From positions 404,928 through 468,927 of the forward strand of contig CAWCLF010000001.1 of assembly GCA_963796325.1 (NCBI GenBank): a DNA stretch of 64,000 nucleotides. The letters are read 5' to 3'. The notes beneath the pieces are model-generated. The model did not search any database, had not been told where the DNA came from, and saw only the letters and a program-made list of their open reading frames with translations. The DNA comes from an uncultured Spirochaetota bacterium. GTDB lineage: Bacteria; Spirochaetota; Brevinematia; Brevinematales; JAOACQ01. This document shows, piece by piece, positions 1-11,024 of the stretch; the stretch's first letter is position 1; each line of letters opens with the position of its first letter. A program made the translations under genes and the position numbers.

Positions 1-132
1 GCATACTTTTTTCATCCCGCGCCCGCATATCGAATCCGGGTTGGTTACTACTGCGCATATGTCATGATTTCTGCTTAATATTTCAAGGGAAGGAATGGAA
101 AAATCCGAACTGCCCCAGAACAAAATCTTCAT
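1..132 (-). CDS. fmt: methionyl-tRNA formyltransferase, N-terminal 44 codons (gene runs off the window start)
   Basis: Reverse translation from ATG (132..130) reads MKILFWGSSDFSIPSLEILSRNHDICAVVTNPDSICGRGMKKV, a typical Fmt N-terminus. ATGA overlap with the def stop; def-fmt is a conserved pair. Confidence 0.8.
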   Translation of the reverse strand, partial: MKILFWGSSDFSIPSLEILSRNHDICAVVTNPDSICGRGMKKVC

Positions 133-665
133 AAACAGACTTTCCCGAACAGCTTCCTGTTTCTTTCCAGGATCGCATCAATCTTATCTTTGTTCTTTAA
201 CCGGTCTTCAGCGGAAAGGTAATCGATGAAAAGGCGTCCCTCGAGGTGGTCCATTTCGTGCTGAAGCACTCGGGCCAGATAATTATCGGCGTCTATAAGG
301 ATTGTCCTGCCCCCGGGCAGGGTACCCTTGAGCCTGACGGTCTTCGGCCTTGACACATTACCCCATACATCGGGGACCGACAGGCAGCCTTCTTCGTATT
401 CCTCTTCTTCAAAGGAATGGTCGATTATTTTCGGGTTTATAAGGGCGAACTTTTTCCCTTCCTCGTATTTTGTCAGATTTATTACCATAATCCTTTTAGA
501 AATCCCGATTTGAGGCGCGGCCAGGCCGACGCCCTTCTCGTCCTCCTCAAGAGTGTCCATCATATCATGGACAATCCTCATTATGTCCCTGTCAACCGAG
601 TTTATCACTTCGGCTTTATTCCTGAGGACCGGATTGCCGTAAGTTAATATTTCATTTTTAGTCAT
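129..665 (-). CDS. def: peptide deformylase
   Basis: 178 aa with the three PDF motifs: GVGLAAPQIG, EGCLSVP, QHEMDHLEG. Confidence 0.95.
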   Translation of the reverse strand: MTKNEILTYGNPVLRNKAEVINSVDRDIMRIVHDMMDTLEEDEKGVGLAAPQIGISKRIMVINLTKYEEGKKFALINPKIIDHSFEEEEYEEGCLSVPDVWGNVSRPKTVRLKGTLPGGRTILIDADNYLARVLQHEMDHLEGRLFIDYLSAEDRLKNKDKIDAILERNRKLFGKVCL

Positions 666-892
666 TATATCTCTCTACCCCTGTTTATCAAACTATGGGC
701 GCCGCCTTTCTAAGCCGGTAATGCCCATAGGTTTACAATCGCCCATAATATTTTAAAGAAAAGTAATATGTAATGCCAGTATTTGACCTGTTTTTTATCA
801 TTTTCTCTCTCTCCTGTTCCCCCCGCCTTAATTCCTGTTTCATTCATGGAATTTATATATATAACATAATGAAATAAAAATAAATCGAAAAC

Positions 893-919
893 TAAGGCAT
901 TTTGCAAATCTGCCGATTT
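893..919 (+). promoter_or_regulatory. sigma-28 (FliA)-like promoter candidate upstream of flaA
   Basis: TAAG-N15-GCCGATTT, compared with the consensus TAAA-N15-GCCGATAA. Lies about 57 nt upstream of the ATG at 976. Confidence 0.4.
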
Positions 920-975
920 TTAATTTAAGATATGAATTATATTGAGTTACCTAATAATCGAGAAGGAGAGTAGTT

Positions 976-1959
976 ATGAAAACAAGGATCTTAATGACAG
1001 GTATATTATTTTCATTATTTTGCATGACATTTTCACATGCCGTGATTATGAGAACCCTTATCGACTTCAATAAATATGATGAAAATGTCAAGACTGAATT
1101 TCCCCAGCCGGCGGAAAGCTATATAACAAATGTCGACGGATTCCCAAAGGTTGTCGTGGGTTATTTGGATTATATGCTTGATAACTGGAAAATCGAGCTC
1201 AATGAATCGGCTGATATGATCAACAACAGGATTAACAGCTACTGCAAACCTGTCGTTTCCCTGAGATTTGCTACTACGCTCGGCGTGCGCGTGCACTTTC
1301 CCAGCTGGAACAACAACAGCTATGCAGTAATAAAACCCCCCTTCCCGATCAAAATTTACGATACCAACGGCCAGTTCGCCAATGCGGAAAACGGCGTAAT
1401 GCCGAACGTTTCCGAAGTCAAGAGCCTGTCGATCTGGGTCAACGGTAAAAATTACCGCTTCGGCATCGCCGTAAGACTCAGGGACCGTTTTGAGAATATC
1501 CATGAATACTTCCTGGGCTGGCTCTTTTTCGACGGATGGAGGAAACTTGTTTTTACAAACCCTAACTTTACGGAAAAGGTCAGTTCGAAGACACTGTCCA
1601 GGGAACCTCTTTATCCCTTCGATATTCCTTTCATGGTCCTCGATTCGATCGTAATCTACAGGCCTGCCGACCAGCTAGGCGGAGATTTCGTCACATACAT
1701 AAAATCGATTGAAATGGAATATACTCCTTATATAATCGACGACGAAGTCACCCAGGACATCAAGGACGAGCAGGTATGGGGAATCATTACCGCGAGGACC
1801 CAGAAGAGGATGGATGTCGAAAACAAGAAATTCACCGAAGACCTCTACCTGTACCAGCAGGAAAAGAAGAGGATGCAGATCAACAGCACGAACGCCACTT
1901 CAGCGACAATCGGAGCCTCTTCTTCAAATACAGCCACAGCTCCTTCTACAAATAAATAA
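976..1959 (+). CDS. flaA: periplasmic flagellar filament outer-layer (sheath) protein FlaA-like
   Basis: Signal peptide followed by blocks I recall from spirochaete FlaA: LIDF..., NW.IELNESA, LGVRVHFPSWNNNSYAVIKP, SREPLYP, GGDFVTYIKSIEMEY. Confidence 0.7.
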   Translation: MKTRILMTGILFSLFCMTFSHAVIMRTLIDFNKYDENVKTEFPQPAESYITNVDGFPKVVVGYLDYMLDNWKIELNESADMINNRINSYCKPVVSLRFATTLGVRVHFPSWNNNSYAVIKPPFPIKIYDTNGQFANAENGVMPNVSEVKSLSIWVNGKNYRFGIAVRLRDRFENIHEYFLGWLFFDGWRKLVFTNPNFTEKVSSKTLSREPLYPFDIPFMVLDSIVIYRPADQLGGDFVTYIKSIEMEYTPYIIDDEVTQDIKDEQVWGIITARTQKRMDVENKKFTEDLYLYQQEKKRMQINSTNATSATIGASSSNTATAPSTNK

Positions 1960-1982
1960 ACAGCCTTTTCTTAAATCAGGAG

Positions 1983-2016
1983 CCCGGCTTCCTAAAAGAA
2001 GCCGGGTTTTCTTTTT
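1983..2016 (+). terminator. rho-independent terminator after flaA
   Basis: Stem cccggcttc / gaagccggg with a 6-nt loop, followed by ttttcttttt. Confidence 0.75.
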
Positions 2017-2094
2017 CTTGATTATACGGCGGGATGAACTTATAATTTTTCATGCAGGCTGCCTATATAAGCCTTTGAATATAAGGGAAGGGCG

Positions 2095-3858
2095 ATGAAC
2101 AGGATCATTCCGTTTACTTTATTTCTCTTTCTCCTGCCGCTCGCCGGCGCCGCAAAAGCCGCCGGCTTCGGGGACCCCGCCGCAGTCAGGGGGGGGACAT
2201 TCACTACCCATAAAACCGAATTTCCGGAATCTTTCAATTTTTATATAAATCCTGCGGTAGATGCATCGGACGCTTTCAATCTTGTGTACGATACCCTGCT
2301 TGATGTGGACCCCGATACGCTCGATTTCGAGCCTCTCGTCGCTTCGTCCTGGACGGTTTCCACCGATAAAAAAACTTTTACTTTCAGGATCGATCCGAGG
2401 GCCCGGTGGGCGGACGGGACGAAGATCACTGCCCGGGATGTAAAGTTCACTTTCGATACGATCATGGATAAACGCAACATGACTTCCGTTCAGAGGATAT
2501 TCTTCTACCGCTTTGAAGAGCCCATGGTAATCGGCGACGGCACGATCGTTTTTAAAGCGAAATCAGTCCATTACCTGAATTTTGCAAACCTCGCTAAATT
2601 GAACATACTTCCCATGCATATTTATGAAGGTCAGGATTTCAATAAAAGCTTTAACCTGGTCCTGCCCTGCCCGAGCGGCCCCTACGCCCTTTCGGAAGTC
2701 AAGGAGGGGCGCTATTATATATTGTCCAGGCGCGGCGATTACTGGGGGGATATACTGCCCGCACGGGCCCACATGTTCAATTTCGACAGGATCATGTATA
2801 AAATCATCAGGGACCCCAATGTCGCATTCGAGGCTTTCAAGAAGGGCGAATTCGACGCATTGACTTCAACTATCGATATAACGCCGAGGCGCTGGTTTAC
2901 CGAGACTTCGAGCCTTAAATTCCTTAACAACTGGATAATAAAACAGAAGTTATATAATCATTATCCCCGGGGGTTCAGGGGTATCGCCCTTAACATGAGG
3001 AAAAAGATCTTTCAGGATATCCGGGTGCGGAAGGCCCTCTTCATGCTCTTCGACCGGAAAACGATAATAGATAAAATGATGTACGGCTTCGTCAAGCCCC
3101 TTGATTCATATTACCCCGATAAGAGTGTTAATGCACCCGTTCCTTACGATCCTGCCGGCGCACGCGATCTTCTCCGCCTCGCCGGATACGATAAGCTCGA
3201 TAATAACGGTTACCTTGTCAACGGACGGGGGGAAAGGCTTGAATTTACGATCCTGTCGAGGCAGGACGAAGATGCCGAGAAATTCATGACTTATTATGCC
3301 GAAGCATGCAAACAGTCGGGGGTCAAGGTCGATCTTTACCTGACTTCATGGGCGACCCTGCTAAAAATGGTCGATTCATATGAATTCGACGCAGTAGCCA
3401 TAGGCTGGGCGAGTACGATATTCGACGATCCGGAGCAGCTTTGGCATTCGAGGCATATCGGGGAGCAGGGCGGTTCCAACCTGCCGGGTTATAAAAATAA
3501 AAGGGTCGACGCCCTTGTAGACGCATTTGGGCAGGCGTTCGGCGCTGCGGAAAGGGACGGCATCCTTGCCCGGATGGACCATATAATTTACCCTGAAATC
3601 CCCTATATCCTCACCTGGGAAATCGATTTTTTCCCCGTCATATACAGGAACGTTTTCGGAAAGCCGAAAGAAGGGGTTCCCAGGGTCGGGAGGATGTACA
3701 CCGACGACCTGGATATCGAAATGATTAGCTACTGGTGGTACGATCCTGAAAAGGTAAAAAAACTCGGGCAGGCGGAGGCTTCGGGGCAGGCGCTTCCCGG
3801 AGAACCGGAAGAACTCCATTATTACGAGCCTGTTAAAAAAAATAAATCCGGCTTTTGA
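2095..3858 (+). CDS. ABC transporter substrate-binding protein, family 5 (peptide/YejA-like), copy 1
   Basis: 587 aa with a signal peptide and SBP_bac_5-like length and pattern. Heads a permease/permease/ATPase/ATPase operon. Confidence 0.85.
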   Translation: MNRIIPFTLFLFLLPLAGAAKAAGFGDPAAVRGGTFTTHKTEFPESFNFYINPAVDASDAFNLVYDTLLDVDPDTLDFEPLVASSWTVSTDKKTFTFRIDPRARWADGTKITARDVKFTFDTIMDKRNMTSVQRIFFYRFEEPMVIGDGTIVFKAKSVHYLNFANLAKLNILPMHIYEGQDFNKSFNLVLPCPSGPYALSEVKEGRYYILSRRGDYWGDILPARAHMFNFDRIMYKIIRDPNVAFEAFKKGEFDALTSTIDITPRRWFTETSSLKFLNNWIIKQKLYNHYPRGFRGIALNMRKKIFQDIRVRKALFMLFDRKTIIDKMMYGFVKPLDSYYPDKSVNAPVPYDPAGARDLLRLAGYDKLDNNGYLVNGRGERLEFTILSRQDEDAEKFMTYYAEACKQSGVKVDLYLTSWATLLKMVDSYEFDAVAIGWASTIFDDPEQLWHSRHIGEQGGSNLPGYKNKRVDALVDAFGQAFGAAERDGILARMDHIIYPEIPYILTWEIDFFPVIYRNVFGKPKEGVPRVGRMYTDDLDIEMISYWWYDPEKVKKLGQAEASGQALPGEPEELHYYEPVKKNKSGF

Positions 3859-3911
3859 CTGCTGACTGTCGACTGCTGACTGCCGACTGTCGACTGTCGA
3901 CTGTTGACTGA
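3857..3911. repeat. heptanucleotide tandem repeat (GACTGYY) x about 8
   Basis: Reads gactgct gactgtc gactgct gactgcc gactgtc gactgtc gactgtt gactga. Begins within the stop codon of SBP copy 1 and ends 15 nt before the ATG of copy 2. Confidence 0.9.
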
Positions 3912-3926
3912 TACGGGAGGTTTACC

Positions 3927-5666
3927 ATGAAAAGGCTTTTGTTTTTATTTATTTCATTATTACTGCTGGTTCCGGCGCTTGCCGATGCATGGATCGGCGA
4001 TCCCGCAGCGGTAAGGGGCGGTACGCTGACCCTGCATACAAGCGAATTTCCCGCTTCGTTCAATCTTTTTGTCAACAATGACGCCGATGTAGCCGTAGTG
4101 TTCGGGCTGGTATACGACACGCTCCTGGATATGGACCCGGACACAAAGGAATTCGAACCTCTCATTGCAAGTTCATGGTCGATTTCGAAGGATTTAAAGA
4201 CATTTACATTCAGGATCGACCCGCGCGCCAGATGGTCCGACGGTCAGCCCATTACCGCTCTTGATGTAAGTTTTACATACGACCTTATAATGGACCCCAA
4301 AAACAGGACTTCCGTTATGAGACTTTATTATTCCCGTTTTGAGAAACCGGTTGTCATCGACGACCATACGATACAATTCAGGGCTAAAACCGTCCATTTC
4401 GGAAATTTTGTCCAGCTTGCAACATTCAATGTTCTTCCCAAACATTTATTTGAAGGCAAGGATTTCAATAAGAGCTTCAACATGCAGCTTCCGGGGTCCA
4501 GCGGGCCTTATATGCTGTCCGGGGTCAGGGACGGCCGATTCTATACCCTTACAAGGAGAAATGATTACTGGGCTGACATACTTCCAAATCGAATGCATCT
4601 GTTTAACTTCGACAGGGTCGTCTTCAAGATCGTCAGGGATGATAATATCGCATTCGAATCCTTTAAGAAAGGCGATTTCGATGTTTTTACATATGTAACT
4701 CCGAGGCGGTGGACCACCCAGACGGATTCCGAAAAATTTCAAAAGAACTGGATTATAAAGCAGAAAATTCACAACCATCTGCCCAGGGGCTTCAGCGGAC
4801 TGGCAATCAATATGAGAAAAAACATTTTCAAGGATGTACGGGTGCGTGAAGCCCTCTCAATGCTCCTTGACAGGAAAACCATAATCGATAAACTGCAGTA
4901 TGGCATGGCCGTTCCGTTGAATTCCTACTGGCCCGATTTCGGGAATAATCCTCCGATTCCCTACGATCCGGCACAGGCTGAAAAGCTTCTCCGCCATGCC
5001 GGTTACGACAGGCTTGACAGCTCGGGATACCTGGTCAACGGGAAAGGCGAGAGGCTTGAATTCTCTATACTGGCAATAATGGATGAAACTATGGAAAAAT
5101 ACCTGACAATTTATGCGCAGTCCTGCAGAAACGCCGGAGTCAAGGTAAACCTCGATCTGACATCGGGAGCTACCATGTTTAAAAGAATGGAGCAATACGA
5201 CTTCGATATGATCGCCATGGGCTGGACGAGCGTGCTTTTTGAAGACCCGGAACAGCTTTGGCATTCGAAGCATACCAATGAAATCGGCGGAAGCAACCTG
5301 CCATGTTACGGCAACCCCGAGGTCGACAGGCTGATTGAAGAAATGCAGAGGGTATTCGACGAAGGGGAACGCGAGAAGATCATCCGGAGGATCGACGCTT
5401 TGATATATCCCGATGTTCCATATATACTGTTCTGGTGGCGGAATTATTACATGGTATTTTACAAAAACTGTTTCGGCATGCCGAAGACTGTCGTTTCAAA
5501 GTACGGCTCGCCGATAGGATCTTCCAATATCGAAGTCGAGATCATATCTTACTGGTGGTACGATCCCTTAAAGGTAAAGAGGCTTAGCGAAGCCGGAAAG
5601 AAAGGAGCGGCTCTGCCGGCGGAACCGGAAGAAATTTATTTCGATAAACTTTACAAGGGGCGGTAA
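3927..5666 (+). CDS. ABC transporter substrate-binding protein, family 5, copy 2 (tandem paralog)
   Basis: 579 aa, colinear with copy 1 (e.g. GDPAAVRGGT, FRIDPRARW.DG, EDPEQLWHS.H, ISYWWYDP). Confidence 0.85.
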   Translation: MKRLLFLFISLLLLVPALADAWIGDPAAVRGGTLTLHTSEFPASFNLFVNNDADVAVVFGLVYDTLLDMDPDTKEFEPLIASSWSISKDLKTFTFRIDPRARWSDGQPITALDVSFTYDLIMDPKNRTSVMRLYYSRFEKPVVIDDHTIQFRAKTVHFGNFVQLATFNVLPKHLFEGKDFNKSFNMQLPGSSGPYMLSGVRDGRFYTLTRRNDYWADILPNRMHLFNFDRVVFKIVRDDNIAFESFKKGDFDVFTYVTPRRWTTQTDSEKFQKNWIIKQKIHNHLPRGFSGLAINMRKNIFKDVRVREALSMLLDRKTIIDKLQYGMAVPLNSYWPDFGNNPPIPYDPAQAEKLLRHAGYDRLDSSGYLVNGKGERLEFSILAIMDETMEKYLTIYAQSCRNAGVKVNLDLTSGATMFKRMEQYDFDMIAMGWTSVLFEDPEQLWHSKHTNEIGGSNLPCYGNPEVDRLIEEMQRVFDEGEREKIIRRIDALIYPDVPYILFWWRNYYMVFYKNCFGMPKTVVSKYGSPIGSSNIEVEIISYWWYDPLKVKRLSEAGKKGAALPAEPEEIYFDKLYKGR

Positions 5667-5676
5667 GGCATCTTTT

Positions 5677-6696
5677 ATGAGGGTTTATTTTTTAAAAAGG
5701 ATCCTTCTCATATTTCCCACGCTTTTAGGCATCACAATCGCCTGTTTTCTCGTCATGCAGGCGGTCCCGGGCGGACCGGTCGAGCAGGCCATCCAGAAAA
5801 TAAAAAGGGCCCAGCAGCAGTCGGGGCAGGGCGGCGGCCTGCAGACCGGGATGACCGAAGAGGAACTTCAGAATATCAGGCATTATTACGGTTTCGATAA
5901 ACCTGTACCGGTCCGTTATATTATCTGGCTGGGCAAGCTTCTCAGGGGAGACCTGGGTACGAGCTATACTTATGAAAAACCTGTCAGCGAAGTCATATTC
6001 AGCAGGCTTCCCGTATCCCTCACATTCGGGATAACAAGCCTCTTTTTTACTTATCTTATCTGCATACCCCTGGGCGTCAAAAAAGCGCTCACCCACAGGA
6101 AGAGTTTCGACCATATTTCAAGCATCCTTATATTCATCGGTTATTCCATACCCTCGTTTGTTCTCGGGGTAGTTCTCATAGTGCTTTTCGGAGGAGGAAG
6201 CTTTTTTAACTTTTTCCCGATAAGCGGGTTTGTTTCGGACAATTTCGAAGACCTGACGCTTCCGGGCAAAATCGGGGATTATATTTCGCATATGTTCCTG
6301 CCCGTGCTCTGCTATACGATCGGCAGTTTTGCAGCCCTCACCCTTTTGATGAAGAATTCGATGATGGAGCAGCTCGGCCAGGACTATATCAAGACGGCCG
6401 TTGCCAAGGGGCTTTCATACAGGGAGGCGGTTTTCCGCCATGCTTTCCGAAATTCCCTCATACCGGTAGCAACGAATTTCGGAGCGATTATCGGGGTTGT
6501 ATTGTCCGGATCATTCCTGATAGAAACCATATTTACAATCGACGGCATGGGACTCCTGGGATATGAATCGATCATCAACAGGGACTATCCGGTAGCCCTG
6601 GGGATTATAGTAATTTCAAGCCTGCTCGTGCTCGTCGGAAGGATCATATCCGATTTCTGCCTTGTCCTGGTCGATCCCAGGATAAGATTCAGGTAG
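5677..6696 (+). CDS. peptide ABC transporter permease (YejB/OppB-like)
   Basis: 339 aa and multi-TM. N-terminus ILLIFPTLLGITIACFLVMQAVPGGP is typical of the BPD_transp_1 OppB family. Confidence 0.85.
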   Translation: MRVYFLKRILLIFPTLLGITIACFLVMQAVPGGPVEQAIQKIKRAQQQSGQGGGLQTGMTEEELQNIRHYYGFDKPVPVRYIIWLGKLLRGDLGTSYTYEKPVSEVIFSRLPVSLTFGITSLFFTYLICIPLGVKKALTHRKSFDHISSILIFIGYSIPSFVLGVVLIVLFGGGSFFNFFPISGFVSDNFEDLTLPGKIGDYISHMFLPVLCYTIGSFAALTLLMKNSMMEQLGQDYIKTAVAKGLSYREAVFRHAFRNSLIPVATNFGAIIGVVLSGSFLIETIFTIDGMGLLGYESIINRDYPVALGIIVISSLLVLVGRIISDFCLVLVDPRIRFR

Positions 6697-6704
6697 GGGG
6701 GTGA

Positions 6705-7742
6705 ATGAAAATATCGCCTATAACGAGTATGAGGTTAGCAAAATTCCGGAGGATGAAAAGGGCTTTTTATTCATTCGCTTTCCTTATTATACTGTATACC
6801 ATATCCCTTTTCGCGGATTTCATAGTCAACGACAAGCCTATAGCCGTAAGTTATAACGGCCGGCTTTTTTTTCCGGTTTTCCGGTTCTATTCGGGAGATA
6901 ATTTCGGTTTAAGGCCTACCGATGTCCCCGATTACAAAGAGATAAACAAAAGTGTGAAGTTTAAACGGGGAGGGCGGAATTTCATGGTATTTCCGCTCAT
7001 ACCTTACGGATATAACGAAAGCCTCCTAACATTGCCCGGAAATCCGCCGACCCCGCCTACATTGCAGAACCTCCTGGGCACCGATGACCGCGGCAGGGAT
7101 ATTTTGACGCGCCTTCTTTACGGGTTCCGGATAAGTTTCAGTTTTGCCCTGCTTATTACTATTTCAAGCATGATACTGGGTACCGTCATAGGCGGCATCC
7201 AGGGATTTTACGGAGGACTATTCGATCTGTTTATGCAGAGGCTGATTGAAATCGTTTCAGCGCTGCCTTTCCTGTATATAGTTATTATCCTGGGAAGTTC
7301 CCTCGGGCAGAGCTTTGCAATCCTGCTTTTCGTGTTCACTATTTTCGAATGGATCGATATCTCATATTTTATCAGGTCCGAGTTTTACAGGCTTCGCGAG
7401 ATGCCGTTCGTGGAAGCCTCCCGGGCGCTGGGCGCAGGAAACGCAAAGATCATGTTCGGGCACATATTGCCCAACGCTCTTACCCCGATAGTCACTTTTC
7501 TGCCTTTTAACCTGATCGGGTCGATATTCGCCCTTTCCGCTCTCGACTTCCTGGGTTTCGGACTTCCGGCGCCGACGCCGAGCATCGGCGAACTTCTCAA
7601 GCAGGGTACGGGCAACCTGTTTTCATACTGGATTTCACTGTATCCGGCAGCCTTTCTTTTTTTTATACTTCTTCTGATAGCTTTCGTCGGCGAAGGAATA
7701 CGCGACGCTTTCGACCCGAAAGAATATTTTAAAATGGAATGA
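6705..7742 (+). CDS. peptide ABC transporter permease (YejE/OppC-like)
   Basis: 345 aa. Contains the LGTDDRGRDILTRLLYG motif typical of OppC/DppC-type permeases. Confidence 0.85.
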   Translation: MKISPITSMRLAKFRRMKRAFYSFAFLIILYTISLFADFIVNDKPIAVSYNGRLFFPVFRFYSGDNFGLRPTDVPDYKEINKSVKFKRGGRNFMVFPLIPYGYNESLLTLPGNPPTPPTLQNLLGTDDRGRDILTRLLYGFRISFSFALLITISSMILGTVIGGIQGFYGGLFDLFMQRLIEIVSALPFLYIVIILGSSLGQSFAILLFVFTIFEWIDISYFIRSEFYRLREMPFVEASRALGAGNAKIMFGHILPNALTPIVTFLPFNLIGSIFALSALDFLGFGLPAPTPSIGELLKQGTGNLFSYWISLYPAAFLFFILLLIAFVGEGIRDAFDPKEYFKME

Positions 7743-7748
7743 GGCGCG

Positions 7749-8717
7749 ATGAAAGATATAATTCTGGATATTAAAAACCTGACTGTAACGTTTGAAAACG
7801 AAAGCGGTTTGATTAAAGCCGTCGATGATGTTTCCCTGCCTGTAAGGTCTTCTGAAATTTTAGGCCTTGTCGGGGAGTCGGGCTGCGGTAAAAGCACGAC
7901 AGCCCTGTCTATACTGAGGCTTATACCCTCGCCTCCGGGGAAAATATCGGGAGGAGGAATTTTCTGGAAGGGGACCGATCTATCCGGCATTCCGCCTGAA
8001 AAGATGCGTAAAGTGAGGGGGGCCGAAATAAGCATGATCTTCCAGGAGCCGCTTACCAGTTTCAATCCCGTGCAGAAAATCGGGAAACAGGTCGAGGAAG
8101 CCCTTCTGATACACAGGAAAGCGGAAGATTCCCGTTCTCTTGTCATTGAAATGCTTGAAAAGACGGGTCTTAAGAATCCGGCCAGGGTTTACGGGTCTTA
8201 TCCTCATGAGCTGTCGGGAGGCATGAGGCAGCGTGCTATGATCGCAATGGCGCTTATCTGCGGGCCGGAGCTTCTCATCGCGGATGAACCGACAACCGCC
8301 CTCGATGTGACAATACAGGCAGGCATTCTCGACCTTTTAAAAAAGCTGCAGAAGGATACGGGTATGTCAGTCCTCCTTATCACCCATAATCTTGGAATAA
8401 TAGCAGGGACAGCGGACAGCGTGGCGGTAATGTACGCGGGGAAAATGATAGAATATTCGCCTGTAGCGGATCTATTCGGGCATCCTCTTCATCCTTATAC
8501 GGCGGCTCTTTTAAAATCGGTCCCCAATCCGGGCAATAAAGGCGCGCTTTATGCAATTCCCGGAACGATACCCGATCTTTCCGACCTGCCGTCGGGCTGC
8601 ACTTTTCATCCCCGCTGCGAACATGCCATGAAAATCTGCAGTAAGCAATTTCCCCCCACGAAAGAAGTGGAAAACGGCCTCAGTACCGCCTGCTGGCTTT
8701 ACCTGGAGCATTCATAA
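7749..8717 (+). CDS. peptide ABC transporter ATP-binding protein (OppD-like)
   Basis: Walker A GESGCGKS, signature LSGGMRQR, Walker [13 protein letters not shown], and a C-terminal oligopeptide-ATPase extension with Cys residues. Confidence 0.9.
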   Translation: MKDIILDIKNLTVTFENESGLIKAVDDVSLPVRSSEILGLVGESGCGKSTTALSILRLIPSPPGKISGGGIFWKGTDLSGIPPEKMRKVRGAEISMIFQEPLTSFNPVQKIGKQVEEALLIHRKAEDSRSLVIEMLEKTGLKNPARVYGSYPHELSGGMRQRAMIAMALICGPELLIADEPTTALDVTIQAGILDLLKKLQKDTGMSVLLITHNLGIIAGTADSVAVMYAGKMIEYSPVADLFGHPLHPYTAALLKSVPNPGNKGALYAIPGTIPDLSDLPSGCTFHPRCEHAMKICSKQFPPTKEVENGLSTACWLYLEHS

Positions 8718-9688
8718 TGAGCCTTCTTGAAGTGAGAAATCTCAAAAAATATTTTCAGCTGCGGTCTGGATTTGTTAAAAACGATAAGAGAAGGGTGGCC
8801 GCCGTCGACGGCATCAGTTTCTCAGTCGCACCCGGGGAGACCCTGGGTCTTGTCGGCGAATCGGGATGCGGCAAAACTACCGCGGCCCGGTGCATACTGA
8901 AGCTCATCGAAGCCTCCTCGGGAGAGGTTTTATTCGGCGGAAAGAATATCCTGGAATTGAAACCATCCGAAATGAGGGCTTTGAGGCAGAAAATACAGAT
9001 AATTTTCCAGGACCCTTATTCCTCGCTCAATCCCCGCAGGGTCATACTTGACATCGTCGGAGAGGGCCTTTCAATCCACAGACTTGTAAAATCAAGGGCT
9101 GAAATGACGGACAGGGTCAGGGACCTTGCTGTCAAAGTCGGTCTCAGCCCCGATATCGTTTACCGTTATCCCCATGAATTTTCCGGGGGGCAGAGGCAGA
9201 GGATCGCAATAGCAAGGGCGCTTTCAGTTTCCCCTTCGTTCATTGTCTGCGACGAACCCGTCTCTTCGCTCGATGTTTCGATACAGGCCCAGATCATCAA
9301 TCTTCTGATGAATTTTCAAAGGGAAATGAATATTGCCTACCTTTTTATCGCCCATGACCTGGCCGTCGTCAAGCATATTTCGCACAGGATAGCGGTGATG
9401 TACATGGGCCAGATCGTGGAAACCGCCCCTTCCGACGAGCTGTTCCGGAGCCCCCTGCATCCATATACTCTGATGCTTCTTTCATCGATACCGGTTCCCG
9501 ATCCTTCATATAAACAGGAAAGGATCATTACGCCTTTCGACGATTCCATGCAGGGCGCTGCGGATAGCGGCTGCATTTTCGGACCAAACTGCCCCGATGC
9601 GAAAAAGGAATGCCTCGAAGGGAAAATATCCGAAACCTATGTCAATGATGATCACATGGTAAGATGCATAAAATACAAAAATGGCTAG
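8717..9688 (+). CDS. peptide ABC transporter ATP-binding protein (OppF-like)
   Basis: Walker A GESGCGKT, signature FSGGQRQR, Walker [13 protein letters not shown]. Start overlaps the stop of the upstream gene. Confidence 0.9.
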   Translation: MSLLEVRNLKKYFQLRSGFVKNDKRRVAAVDGISFSVAPGETLGLVGESGCGKTTAARCILKLIEASSGEVLFGGKNILELKPSEMRALRQKIQIIFQDPYSSLNPRRVILDIVGEGLSIHRLVKSRAEMTDRVRDLAVKVGLSPDIVYRYPHEFSGGQRQRIAIARALSVSPSFIVCDEPVSSLDVSIQAQIINLLMNFQREMNIAYLFIAHDLAVVKHISHRIAVMYMGQIVETAPSDELFRSPLHPYTLMLLSSIPVPDPSYKQERIITPFDDSMQGAADSGCIFGPNCPDAKKECLEGKISETYVNDDHMVRCIKYKNG

Positions 9689-9779
9689 AACTGAATAATT
9701 CAGTAATTTAGTAATTACTAAACATTGATTGAAATTTATTCCTTATAGTGATAAAATTATTTAAAATAAGGAGCATCGT

Positions 9780-11024
9780 ATGAAAAAGTGGTTAATTGCC
9801 ATCATTCTTGTTATTCCTGCTTTTTTTTATTCCGAAGAGACTCTTTCCGACGCGGTAGGCAATGGCGATATCCCGTTTATTAGAAATTACAGAGGGAATA
9901 TTAATAAACCGCTGAATAATGACGGTTTGACGGCTTTAATGCTGGCGGCGCAGGCAGATAACACCAACATGATTAAAGTATTATTAGAAGTGAAAGACGA
10001 TGTCAACATCAGGGATGGAAGCGATAAAACGGCATTGATATATGCGATCGAAAAAGGCAGTACCGACATGGTAAAAGCTTTGATCGGCGCAGGCGCTAAA
10101 GTGGCTGCGGGGCATTTTAAGGGCTGGACTCCTTTGATGAGTGCGGCGGTAAACGGCAATCCTGATTCGATTAAAGTGCTGATTGAGTCGGGGGCAAAAG
10201 TAAACGATCTGGATAACGATAACAAAACGGCATTGATATACGCGGTCGAAAACGGGAACACGGATGCGGCTAATGCAATGATCAAAGAGGGGGCGGATAT
10301 AAACGTTTGGGGCAAGGACGGGGTTACAGCTTTGATTAATGCGGCGGAAAACGGCAATGCCGATATAGTTAAAGCTCTTATCGGGGCGAAGGCTGATGCC
10401 GATATCGGGGATAAGCACGGCAAGACGGCTTTGATTTACGCGGCAGAGAAGGGAAATACCGGCATAGTTAAATCATTAATCCAGGCAAAGGCCGGTATCA
10501 ATACAGGAGATGATGAAAAAAAAACGGTTTTAATGTACGCGGCCGATAACGGCAGCCCTGAAATAGTAAAAATATTAATCGGGTTGAAGGCGGATGTCAA
10601 CGCTGCGGATGTCGATAAAATGACGCCTCTAATGAACGCGGCGAGGGCTGGCAAAACTGACGCGGTTAAAGAATTGATAGATGCCGGGGCTCATATCGAT
10701 TCGGTAAATAAGTTCGGAATGACGGCTTTAATGTTCGCGGTTCAGGAAGAGCAAACGGATGCTGTCAGGACCTTGATCGAGGCGAAAGCCGATGCCAACC
10801 TGGCGGCCGGGAATGGCGATACGGCGATGAAAATCGCTGAATATAAAGAAAATACCGATATTATGAATCTTTTGAAAAATAACGGAGCTACAAATTCCTT
10901 GTATGGCGCCAAGAGAGAAACATTGCTCGATGCCGCCAACAACAACGATGCCGAGTTTATTAAAAATTATAAGGGAAATATTAAGGGCACTTCTAATAAC
11001 TGCCCCTTCGGGGCAGCAAGGTAG
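9780..11024 (+). pseudogene. secreted ankyrin-repeat protein, 5' portion (native sequence ends at 10984, then reads into the IS)
   Basis: Signal peptide plus about 11 ANK repeats (G.TALI.AA..G....VK.LI..GA). The last 14 codons (KGTSNNCPFGAAR*) are encoded by the IS terminal repeat. Confidence 0.85.

Noticed and set aside
3857-3911. Possible CRISPR-like array
   Set aside because: The period is 7 nt with no spacers and there are no cas genes, so it is a simple tandem repeat.
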